A DNA stretch of 61,423 nucleotides, filler included, from Jimgerdemannia flammicorona (lineage: Eukaryota), in the NCBI GenBank assembly GCA_003990765.1. It is 3 parts of 3 records of this genome, joined end to end, with 100 filler letters (N's around TTAATTAATTAA, not from the genome) between each part and the next. Parts side by side here need not be neighbours in the genome. Positions count along the whole stretch, not along the records: positions 20,512 to 40,921 come from RBNJ01001691.1; 2 more parts are not named here. One strand, written 5' to 3'. The position numbers and the translations under genes were made by a program. The first letter of the stretch is position 1; each line of letters starts with the position of its first letter. A model generated the notes under the pieces. That model saw only the letters and a list, made by a program, of their open reading frames with translations, did not search any database and was not told the origin of the DNA. Shown here piece by piece: positions 23,501 to 35,141 of the stretch.

Positions 23501-24854
23501 TTTGTCAGCCTTGCATTGCAGAATGTGGTAAAGGCGGAACAAACTCTTGGGTTCTGCCATGCCCATGGTCCCCTCTGGTCACCAATGGTCAAGCTGGCCA
23601 TTATACAGACATTTATCAGACCTCAGCTGGAGTATGGCCTCCCCCTTCTATGAGCCTCCTGCCCAGCAACCACCATGGGGCTTCAGGTGTTGAAGCATCC
23701 CAAGCAGATCTTTGATGATGCTGTCACTTGGGTGGTCGGATTTTCTGGCTGACCCTTGCTTTGCAGCTCGATTCTCAGCCTCCATTCCTTCCTTTGTCAT
23801 ACATCCGACCTCTGCTGCATGTTCCAAGCCCATCTGGATTAGTGTAGCAAGTCTGGCAACAACCCTATTGGCCCCCTTAGTGAGTGCTTTGTCATGCATC
23901 CCTGGGATCTATCATTGACAAGTTCTGGCATTGGACCTCTTGGCTTGACTTCCTCGACTGGTACTGAGACCTCCATCCCCAGGTCCGCAAGACTCGCTCG
24001 CTCTGCTCCTTCCTCCAGTCCTTCCTTCAGGATCAGCTGCTGCAGGAATGGGCTTCCTCTTCTCAGGCTCTTGTTTGGTATATCACCTCCAAAGGCCACT
24101 TGCAGTCACAGGGCACTGACCGTGTCCTCTCCTTTCCCCCCCGGCTTGTGCACTCTGCCCTCACCTAGCATTATGGTTACTTTGGCCAACCCTGCTCCTG
24201 TCTCTGTGGAGATAAGTTTCATTGTGGCCATCTCCTCAGGTGCGGTCTTCTCGATGGTATATATTCTGCGCTCAGAGGTACTTCGGATCGAGATGAACAA
24301 CTTGATTGGTTTACTGGTAATGAATGGCAGGAGGAACTTCATGCCTACCCTCTTCATGCTCTTTACGAGACAGCCTACCACACTATAGATGCTATGTATA
24401 ATTCAGGTGGCCACCTCGGGGTCAGGTTCTGCCTGACCGAGATCATGAAGATGCTTGGGTGATTGAGTGATTGCACATTTTCTTCCCTTCTTTCTTTCCC
24501 CTCATTTGCCTTAGTTGGTTCCCTTATTGTTGAGAGCACATTGAGTTATTCATCTCATATCAGTTATTTGGTATTTGGTTGTCGATCAGTTCATATAGTT
24601 GGTGCTAGATAAATGTGTATTATATTTTAGCTCTTCTCTTCTTTGCTTTCCACATCTATTATTCTTATGGCTGTGACAAAATGGTTTTATCCAGCCCATC
24701 CATAGGGTGGTCACCTCTCTGGTCTTAGTTTTGTTCTTCTTAGCTAGTTGTTTATTTTGCTGGCCTTATCATCCTAGGAGTCTTTGTCTTTTGTTACTCC
24801 GATGTATCTTGTCTTCTCTATAATGAATAAATTCTTACTTGAAGCCTAACCTAA
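20562..24854 (+). mobile_element. APE-RT non-LTR retrotransposon, copy 1 (5' part lost at poly(A)/gap), decayed
   Basis: ORF1 remnant; APE motifs LFICETW, VGVYAPP, ISDIN, VDHAF, TDH; RT motifs CQGGFR, FQGSLLSP, FFADDI, YLG. The 3' end aataaattcttacttgaag is followed by CCTAACCTAA rather than poly(A). Confidence 0.9.
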
Positions 24855-27800
24855 GCCACTCATATGATTTCCCCATTTAGCTAGACTTGGCTTTATAGCC
24901 TGAAGCTATTCCAAATTAAGAAAGCAGTCACTTTGATTAGCTAAGCCTCCCATCAGGTATAAATACCCCTTTCCATTATTTTTTCATTGTACAAACAAAG
25001 GTCACATGACCTGTGTTTCACAATTTCACATACATAAACAAACACACCTCTGCCTAATTCGGCAATATCGGCCATCTCCTCCATCATCAGTGATGATGGC
25101 AATACCACCCATCTCTTCACGTACTTTGGTGCCTCCCTCTGCTGTACTGAGTATCGCAGCACCAGTCTTCTCTCCCTTGGCTTCAGCAAGGGTAGCCTTA
25201 TGGTGATGTACAGGTCGTATAGGGAAGCATGACCAATATTAGCATATTTATCTTCCCTGCATGACGTGGAAGATGACAAAGAGATTGCAATCTCTTCCAA
25301 TTCGGACCATGATGCCCAGTGCCCCCCCTTCTCTCCCACGCCTCCGCCCCTCAATCAGAATAAGTGCAGTCACCCGAATACTAGTTTGGGCATGACCCTG
25401 ACTACTGGTCATGCAGGCCCCTCAGCTGACCCTGATCTGGTCACAGAGATGGCTGCAATGAGAAAGCAGATCTTGGATCTGCTGACTCAAGTGGCCAATC
25501 TGGCCAAGATCAATGCCCAGCTAATGGCGCAGCTTACTGCATGATCTGCGCCCACTGCCCCCTCATCATCTGGTGCTCCTTCAGGAAGTACCCCCACTGC
25601 CCCTTCCACATCTGCCCCCCCCAAGTCCTCAGCCCCCCCTCCTACTGGCCCTGCTGCAAATATGTGGTTGAAGGCCCAGAAAAGAGCAGACAAGTAGGCT
25701 GCTAAAGCCACCACATTGCAGTCTTGTGCGCTACTAAAGGAGGTAACTCTCTTGGCTGTGCCTCTGGCCGCTAAAGTCATACCCCCTAAAAAGGGCAAGA
25801 CCAAGACTCTCAGGCCAGTACCCCAGGTTATACCTGTGGTCTCAGCGCCACCGGCCCATCTTCATCCCACGCTTCAACTCCTGCACCCTACAAATTATAT
25901 GCTGCCACTACTAAGAAGGTCTCTATCAAAGATAGGACCCAGGCCTACCCTAAGATGGAATGGGCAGCTGCTGCCACTGCTCTTTCATGCATGACCTGCA
26001 AGCCAATCTCTCATTTGTCACCAACTGAGAAGGGTACTAGGCTGTAGTACATTTATATTGACAGATTTGCCCATCTTAAGATTGGGCAGATCCGGAAGAA
26101 CCTGTACAACATCCATGTGATGTTGTCAAAAGTTCTCAACATGTTGTATGTCTTGGTGTCAACCATTGAATTCCTTCTCCACCCTGATAATGTCATGGCA
26201 TTCCAAAAGAAGATGAAGACACTTGGGTTCTCAGTACTGTCGGTCTGAGACCCTGTGCTCTCTCGCAACAAGAACACCACAGAGGCCATGAAGACACGGG
26301 TCCTCCAATCATTCTATGCTCAGGTCTGGTAGTTGGCTGGTGATACCACTGCAAAGTGGCCTGAGGTGCAGACCTTCTATAGAGCTTGGGCTGTGGAACT
26401 CAGCCTCACTCTCCCCTCCCCTGCCTCCCCATCGGCCGGCCCTACTTCAAAGGCAGGTGGTACTGTGGCTATGACTGGTAAGATGGCAATGGATTTAGAA
26501 GCTGAAGCTTTCTCTTCGAGTGCTTCCCATGCTTTTGGCACTAACACACCTGGCCTACAATGAGAGTCGGGTTCCTCAATGCACACGGACTACCCCAGAA
26601 CAAGTTTGATATGTTCAGTCGGTTGATTGGTCCTGCTCTTGACATTCTTTTCATATGTGAAACATGGCACATCCCACTGCATCTCTCTCTACACATTTAG
26701 ATGTCCTCCCCTCCAGCGTCGCACAGGATTGTGGGTCACCAGAATGGTGGTCTTGTGGTCCTTGTGTCAAACCATTTCACCCCCCTTATTTCTGGATCCT
26801 CTGCTGACCCCTTCCATATCCAGCTCATGTTCCAGGGCCTGGCTGTGGTTGGGGTTTATGCCCCCCCCTCTCTTCCTATTGGTGGCTTCTGTGATCTTGT
26901 GTCTGGACCCTCTCCAGGTAAGGCCCTTTTGATTGGTGACATCAATACCCACTTCAGTGCCAGCCTTGGTGATGTCAACTCTGGCCCTCATGACCAGATG
27001 GATATCGTTGACACCTCCTTAATGACATGGTCATTGAATCACCTGACCCCGGTGGCTGAATCCACATATATTGATCACGTGTTCACCACCGCATCCCTCC
27101 ATGTATCCCTCACTTGCTCCACCCCTCCTGTCGCTACTGAATACCCCTCCCTCCTTACTGTCTTCTTCCCCTTCTCTCTCTTGTTAATTGCAGCTTTGGC
27201 TGGCATCCATTGTTACTCTGCGAGATATCTGACTGATCTGATCATTCAAGCTCACCTCCAGGAATCAGCAGATATCGTTTGTGATACCATTGTCAGGTCC
27301 ATCTACTCTATCAGAGACCATGTTGCTGGCTTTCACTCTGTGGAAGATCATCAGCAGTTCATGGATTCTCTTGATGCCCTTTTGACCTCTGGTCTACAGT
27401 CAGTCTGTGAGGACATTCTTAGTTTGTATGACACAAGAGAAATCAGGGCAGCACCACTCCCTCGGCTGGACCTTCTTCACAGTGTGTCTTCAGTCTCAGA
27501 TGCCATTTGTGGTTTTAAGCAAGCATACTGCTCCACCCCCCTCACACCCCTCCAATCCCACTCCCCCAATGTCCCAGTGTTCGATGATGTGGTTGCTCAC
27601 TTCACCACTATCTTCGGCCAACCAAATGCCTCTCTCCACCTCAATGACTCTGAGGATATCTTCGCTCTTGGCATGGGTGCTCTTGGACTGCAGTCCTCGT
27701 TTGACCAGCCTGCAGTTTGGAGGGCTATCCACAGCTACTCCCTCTCAAAGGCATGTGGAGCTGACTCCTTACATGTCCGGATCCTTCAAGTAATAGCAGA

Positions 27801-30001
27801 CAAGAAGGACACCCCCTGTAGCCTATCAAAAGCCCTGTCCTTTTTCTTCCAGATGTGCATGGTTTGGGGGCTCACTCCCTGCCGATGGAACTCTGCCATC
27901 ATCACCCCGGTCCCTAAGAAGGAGGAATTGCATACAATTGATGGATTTCGCCCCATCGCTCTAACTGAAATATTTCATAGACTCTTCGAGCAGTGTTTGG
28001 AAGGTTATGTCAAGACCCGAAGTTGCCTGACAGAAATGTCGCACTGCCAGAGTAGCTTCTGAACCCACTTCTCGTCCCTCTCTCATATCTTGTTATCACA
28101 TGAGACATAGGCCAAGGGATGGGGCTGCTGTGTCTTTCTTGACCTCCAGTAGGCATACAATTGAGTCTCCCTCAAGCTTATTCAATCCTGTCTTGAGGCA
28201 TGAGGTGCTGATGCAGCCCTCCTTAGCATTATCCATAGCCTGTTCAATCACTGTTCTTATCAGATGGTTGTTAATGGCCTTGTCACTCCTTCGATCCCCA
28301 CTAAGCATAGCCTTTTTCAGGGCTCCCTCCTCTCTCCTTGGCTTTTTGATGTCTTTATCGACCCTCTCACTGCCTCCTTTGATGAGCAGTTCAAGGAGTA
28401 CAACTTCTCCCTCGGGCTCTTCTTTGCTGACAATATTGCCCTCACCCCCCACACTACCACAGAAGGGCAGAGGATGGTTGACTTTTGTGAAGAGTGGCTT
28501 CAGGCAAATGGTATGGAGCTCAACTCCAAGAAGTGCAGTTATGTTGGCCCTACTGACTATACTGTGCAGATTGGAGGTGAACCCTGCCCACGGTCCCCCT
28601 CCTATATATACCTGGGCATGCCATATACCAACAAAGAGTTTGACTTTGTCAGTCTCATGTTGCAGAATTTAGCGAAGGCAGAATGAACTCTTGGGTTCTG
28701 TCATGCCCATGGTCTCCTCTGGTTACCAATGGTCAAGCTGGCCATCATATGGACATTCATCAGGCCTTAGCTAGAGTATGGCCTCCCCCTTCTACAAGCC
28801 TCTTGCCTAGCAACCACCATGGGGCTTCAGGTGTTGAAGTATCCTGAGCAGATCTTTGATGATGCTGTCACTTGGGTGGGCAGATTTTCTGGCCATCCCT
28901 TGCTTGGCAGTTCGATTTTCAGCCTCCCTTCCTTCCTTCATCATACATCTGACCTCTGCTGTATATTCCAAGCCCATCGGGATTGATGTAGCAAGTCTGG
29001 CAACAATCCCATCAGCCCCCTTAGCAAGTGCTTTGTCACACATCCCCCAGGTTCTATCATTGACAAGTTCTGGCATTGGACCTCTTGGCTTGACTTCCTC
29101 AACTGATACTGGGACCTTCATCCCCAGGTCCGCAAGACTTGCTCACTCTGCTCCTTCCTCCAGTCCTTCCTTTGGGATCAGCTGCTGCAGGAATGAGCTT
29201 CCTCTTCCCAGGCTCTCATTTGGTATATCACCCCCAAAGGCTGCTTACAGTCACAGGGCACCAACCATGTCCTCTCCTTCCCCCCATGGCTTGTGTGCTT
29301 CACCCTCGCCTGGCATTATGGCTACTTTGGCCAACCCTGCCCCTGCCCCTGTGGAGATAGGTTTCATCATGGACATCTCCTCAGGTGCGGTCTTCTTGAT
29401 GGTTCGTATTCTGTGTTCAGAGGTACTTCCAATTGAGATGAACAACTTGATTGGTTTACCAGTAATGAATGGCAGGAGGAACTTCGTGCCTACCTCCTTT
29501 ACGCTCTTCATGAGACAGCCTACCATGCTATAGATGCTATGTGTAATTCTGGTGGCCACCTCGGGGTTGGGTTCTGCCTGACCAAGGTCATGAAGATGCT
29601 TGAGTGATTGAGCAATCATATATTTTCTTTCCTCTCTTCTTTCCCCTCATTTGCCTCAGCTGGTTTCCTTGTTGTTGAGAGTATATTGAGTTATTCATCT
29701 CATGTCAGTTGTTTGGTGTTTAGTTGTCAATACAGTTCATAAAGTTGGTGCCGAGTGAATGTGAATTATATTTTAGCCCTTCTCTTCTTTGCTTTTCACA
29801 TTTATTATCCTTATAGCCATGATAAAATGGTTTTATCCAGCCCATTGATAGGGTGGTCACCTCTCTGACCTTTGTTTTGTTCTTCTTAGCTAGTTGTTTA
29901 CTTCACTGGCCTTACTTTGCTTCTCTCATCCTAGGAGTCTTTGCTTTTGGTTGCTCTGATGTATCTTGTCTTCTCTACAATGAATAAATTCTTACTTGAA
30001 G
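24852..30001 (+). mobile_element. APE-RT non-LTR retrotransposon, copy 2 (apparently full length, ~5.15 kb), head-to-tail with copy 1
   Basis: Colinear with copy 1. 5' region has TATAAATACCC (24958). ORF1 ~25266-26563; ORF2 26560-~29560 with APE, RT and C-terminal CPCGDRFHHGHLLRC. Ends at the same ...cttacttgaag. Confidence 0.92.
26560..29560 (+). pseudogene. ORF2 (APE endonuclease-RT-Zn finger) of LINE copy 2
   Basis: MRVGFLNAHGL...LFICETW; RWNSAIITPVPKK...FRPIALTEIFHRLFE; LFQGSLLSPWLFDVFID; FFADNI. The ATG overlaps the ORF1 TGA (ATGA at 26560-26563). Confidence 0.88.
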
Positions 30002-30041
30002 CCTAACCCTACCCCTACCCCTACTCCTACCCCTACCCCTA
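30002..30041 (+). repeat. Telomere-like hexamer tract CCTAA(CCCTAC)n
   Basis: cctaa ccctac ccctac ccctac tcctac ccctac cccta directly abuts the LINE 3' end. Confidence 0.8.
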
Positions 30042-31800
30042 TAAATATATGATAAAAGAGAAATAATGGTGTTTAGTTGCCTCTTTATCAGTATCAGTTC
30101 AATATCTTCTCTACTTTTTCACAATTTCTGATACCTTTGATTATATAAGAAATATACTTGTTTTTATTTAGTACTTTCTTTCTTTTGTTATCTTCAATAA
30201 GATATTATTTAATATATTATGGACCATATATGGAGTTGGCTAACTTTGGGTATTAAATGCCAGTATAAGTTACCTACAGATCATCAGTATCTATAGTAGA
30301 GCTCTCTGAGCTTTGGGGAGCTTTCTAGTAAGTATAGTTGTAGTATAGATAACTGTTTTTTAGGTAGAGTTGGAATGAGATAGGAGATGACTATTACAGA
30401 TAAGTAGAAAGATGATAATAGTAGACCAGTAGGATATTAGACTGAGGGCAATCATCATAGTTAGAATCGATATTATCTCAGTAAGACCTTTGGATTAACT
30501 GATAGAAGGTGAGATAGTGTAGAAGTCAGTATCTTGACTATACTCACTAAAACCAAGAGTTGACATAGTAATACAATTAAGGTCTATAGACTTATAGAGT
30601 GGGACCTTCTTTATTTAGTAGTATCTAACTAGAACTGGAAGCTGACATAGTAACATAATTGAGGTCTAGAGGTTCAAAGAGTGAGAGTAGGGCTTTTTCC
30701 AACCTTAGTCTATATATTAGTCCTTTTGAGAGAGTCCTATATATAAGTCCTTTACTTACTAACTCTAAATCTACTCTATTTTCTATTGACTAGTTGGTAG
30801 GTTTTTTGTTATCTTGAGTCTTAGTTTGGAGTTTGGGGAACTATTTCTTATTGAGTCTCAGTATTATTAAATCAGATAAATAGGTGTGCTCTTAAATATA
30901 GTCATGATAATCTAATCCTGATGAATAAACAAGTGTAGTTTATATAGTGAGAGTCCTATATCTAACATATATAGTGAGAATAGTAGAACTATAGATATCG
31001 CCCCTTTCTTTACTATCTTACTGATCATAAGATTTGGTAGATGACTTTCCAAGTTCCCTTTCCTCTATTATTATCCCTTCTACCTCAGGTTAGTTTACTG
31101 TACCTATATAGGCATTATGAGAGGAGGGCAATAGTGATGAGTTATCTCTTTATTGGTGTCTGATCAGTGTCTTCTCAACTTTTTCATAGTTTCTGGTACC
31201 TTCACCTACATCTGGAGTACATCTGTTTTGGTGTAGTACCTTCTTTCTTTTGCCATTGCCAACAAGGTACTATCTCAGTATGTCTTGGGCTATATAGAGA
31301 GTCAGCTGATCTTGGGCATCAAGTGCTTAGTATAGGTTACCTGTAGGTTCTCGGTATCTGTGGTGGGGCCCTCTGGCTTTGGCGAGCTTCTTGGCAAGTG
31401 TGGTTCTGGTATAGGTGACTGCTTTTCAGATGTTGTTGGGATGGGAGGGAGATGGCCATCACAGGTAGGAGGAAGGGCAATAATGGTGGACCAGTAAGAT
31501 GCCAGACTGGTGGTGGCTGTCAGAGCTGGAGCAGATGCTGCTTCAGTGAGGTCTTTTGATTAGTGCAGTGCAGTTAGGTGGTAGGTGTCACTCTTAGCTT
31601 CTTTTGGTAGTTAGATGGGTTAGGCCCCAGTCATCAGGAGGGATCAGGGGGCCCAAGGCTACCCATTTCAGGCATCTTGGCTATACTCAACTGGAACTGA
31701 GAGCTGATATAGCAATGTGATCAAGGCCTACAGACTTGAGTAGTGGAGTATTGGGGATTTTCTCCCACTTCATGTTTAAGTCCTTTACTTACCTCGACTG
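30042..31800. repeat. Two tandem decayed copies of the unclassified repeat at 19237-20410
   Basis: 30042-30995 matches ~19350-20300 and is strongly AT-shifted; 30996-31800 matches ~19240-20075. Confidence 0.75.
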
Positions 31801-31860
31801 GAAGAACCAGGCCCTACCCACTGTATTGTACTTTGATGAGGGTTTTTTTTCTGTCCACAT

Positions 31861-34800
31861 CTTTCACTGGTAACATTCAGGTGACACAAGACTCAGGCAA
31901 TACTTTTGACAACATTGGGTGAAAGGCGACTAGCAATATGGAAAGCAATGAACATACAGGTATGCATACTAGGTTGGATGGACCTAGGGCCTTTGACTAG
32001 CAGTAGGTGAGAAGGGGTTATGACCTGGAGATAGGGGCCTTCGGAGGGCCAAAGAGTGGAGAAGGCTCTGGAGGGGGACTGGTGTTCATTGGCAATAGAG
32101 GAAGATCTGATCTCCCAAGCTTCACAGACAAGGTTAAGGAGAGTGGGTGGCTGGCTGGTACTAGGGCTAGTGCTGCTGAGGGTAAGGGTAAGGTGAGCCT
32201 TGGGAGGGGGGGTGGTGCTCTGGCTGGGAGTACAGGCATAGGGGCTGGAGGTGCTGTGGCTGGGGGTGTGGCTGTTGATGAGAGTGTGACGGGGAATCAG
32301 GAAAAAAAAAAAAATGTGACAGCTGATGGCCAGGTGGGGTAGGGGTTCCCGATGTGGAAGGGGGACCTGGGAGATAGTATAATGGGGCTGGCAGTGACCC
32401 CATTGGTCAAGAAGTCAATCTCGGAGTTTGTAGTGACCTTGTACTTCTGGAGCTTGGCAGTGATGGCAAGGATGGTTCTGGGGCTTGTTTCAAAGCAGGT
32501 GGCTGGGGCAGCCTCAGTGAAGTTCTTAAAGGGTCTGGAGGGGATCGAGGTGGGCTTTGAGGAGGCAGGCCTACTGGATGAGACACTGAGGACTGGTGTT
32601 GTGGTTGGGGAGGTAGTGGTCCCCATGGTGCAGTGCTTGTGATAGGACTCCAGGGTGGTGCAGCTTCTGGTGAAGAGGGTGCCCATGGTGACTAAGGAGG
32701 AGACTAGGAACAGGGTGGAGGAGGTGATGATTGAGTATGGTGATGTGGTTGACATTGGCTTTCAGGTGTAGGAGGGGACAATGATCAGGATGGGTGACAT
32801 TGATGTCAGGATTCAGCTGGTGGGCAAGGAGGCCATGGGGAAGACAAGTGACTGGCCTTCTGTGCTGATGTGGGGGGCATTCATCTGTAAGGTGTTGAGG
32901 GTGAAGGGGAGTGAGGAGGAGGAGGAAGACTTGTTAGAGGTACTGGAGGAGATGTGTGGAGCTGTGGAGAGGAGGGCAAGGGTCTGGAAGATGTATGAGG
33001 AGTCGACACATCTGAAGGTTGTGGATAAGAAATACATCTGTACTGACAGAAAGCAGTAGGAGCAGGCACAGGGGCGCAGGAGGCAGAGAGAGCTACTTGT
33101 AAATATGAAAGTAGAGGCAAAGCAGAAGGCAGTGGAAGCTGAAGGGTCTGGGGGTATCAAAGCCAGTGTTTGGGCAAGTAAAGAGATTGGGAAGGTGGAG
33201 GTAGGCAAGGAAGGGGCTGAAAATATACCAAGCAAGGAACTCTATACCAATGGCACTTTTAAGGTCTGAGAGCAGGAGCTGGATGCAACCCCCCCCCCTC
33301 TTATCAGGAGGAGCCCAGCTGGAAAGAGATGGACAACAGAGGATATACTGATGAAGGGGACCCAGCGAGTGCACTTTGGGGTCCCTGATGTGGAAAAAGG
33401 GGGTCAGGTGATGGCGGTTGGTGAGGATGAGCTGGTGGATGTCCCTGAGGAGGAGTGGGATGAGGCTGCCAGTGTAGGGGCTGACACCACGATGTTGGAG
33501 GTAGGATGGCTGGGGACTCCAGGAGGGAAGGAGGTGGAGAACTTGCTGTGGATGAGCAAGGTGATGGATAACCTCATGGCTAAGACTTTAGGGGAAGTGG
33601 ACCTGCAGATAATGCCTGAGGAGCATTGGACACAGATTTTGCATAGTGAGAGAGTGGTGGAGGGAGATTTTTTCGATTTTTCTGAAGGAGGAGGGATATG
33701 AGATTGATGAGGTAAGGAGGGCTGATCTGGTAGTAGTTGCTGGTGAGCAGGTGGCATACTGTTGGATAGAGCAGTATGGTTTGCAGTTCTAGCAGGAGGC
33801 CTGTCTAGAATATCATGAGAACTTTGAGGAGCAAGAAGATGGGGCAATGGTAGAACTTCTAGGAGGGTTGGAGGCACAGAAAGCAGGTGAAAGAGAACTA
33901 GCTACTGATCATAACTTGGATTTGTTACAGGAGGAGTAGGATGTGGAATTGTAGAGGGTGGGTTCACAATATAACTTTTTTTCTCTTATGAATAGTACAA
34001 CAAACATTTTCTCTTTGAATGTGAATGGGCTAAGGGGATCTGGGTGGTATAAGAACATTTTTAATTGGCTCAAGAGATTGGAGGCTGATCTCTTTTTACT
34101 GCAGGATATTTGGTGTAAGGATGAGGATGATTGGGTTGAGTGGACTAGGGAATGGGGTGGGGCTACTGCTTGGTTTCAAAAAGTAGTGATTCTGGTGAGG
34201 AAGGGTAGAGGAGACTTAGAGGGTATTGGGAGCTGGAGTGATCACTTGGTCTGGGGAGATTGACATCGGCCAGGGTAGGAGTCGGTGAGGGTTGGCTCTT
34301 GCTACTGCTCTGTGGTTAGGGGTGAGAGGATTGCATAGATTAAGGAGCTGCTGGAGGAGGGTATTCTCTTGGCGGAAGGGGTTGATGTGCTTGGGGGGGA
34401 TTTTAATATGGTTCGGGATCAGCATCTGAACTGAACTGATAGTGGGAGGAGTACAGAAGGGAGAAGTGGAGGCCTGGATACATAGGAGGAGGTGGAGCAG
34501 TTGAGCTCCTTAGGGGATATGGGCAGAATATGATGGGGCAACTCCAGGGTCTATATACATTGGGTGAATGGTTTAGGTATAAGGATTGACTGGATTCTGA
34601 TGGCAGAATGCTGGGGGTCTGATGTCTGGAAGGTATTAGAGGTGGAATAGTGCCCATGGTCTGATCACTGAGGACTGTTGGGATAGGGGTAGTTTGGGGA
34701 GAGTGGAGATGGACCCAGACATTGGTGCCTTAACTCCTCCCTGCTGGCTGAGAAGGAGTTGTGGGATACATGGGTAGAGGAGATTCTGACAAAAGTTTCT

Positions 34801-35061
34801 TGCTAGAGGTGTGAGAGTTTATCAGTGGGTGTCTGTTGGATGACATTGAAAGAGACTGTGAGGGTCTATTGGGGAGGGGCTGGGAGAGAAGCTGGGAGAT
34901 AGAGGAGGAAGTGCATGAGGTGTACTTCCAATAGGCTGAGGAGACTACAAATGGATTGGGCTGGTTTGCTTACTTCTGATGGAGTGGAGGATTGGAGGTT
35001 AGCATAGATTAAATTGGAGATAATGGAGCTGCAACAGATATTGAGAGAAGAGAAGGAGGTG
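31861..35061 (+). mobile_element. L1/Tx1-like LINE, older copy (5' end, ORF1, APE part of ORF2), cut by the next copy
   Basis: Starts with the same gtaacattcagg 5' end as 35062. ORF1 and MNSTTNIFSLNVNGLRG APE are homologous, with many stops. Confidence 0.9.
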
Positions 35062-35141
35062 CTTTTCTCCAGTAACATTCAGGTTACACAACCCTTTGGC
35101 AACACTTTCGACACAGTTTCTGGAGAAAAGCTACTAGTATC

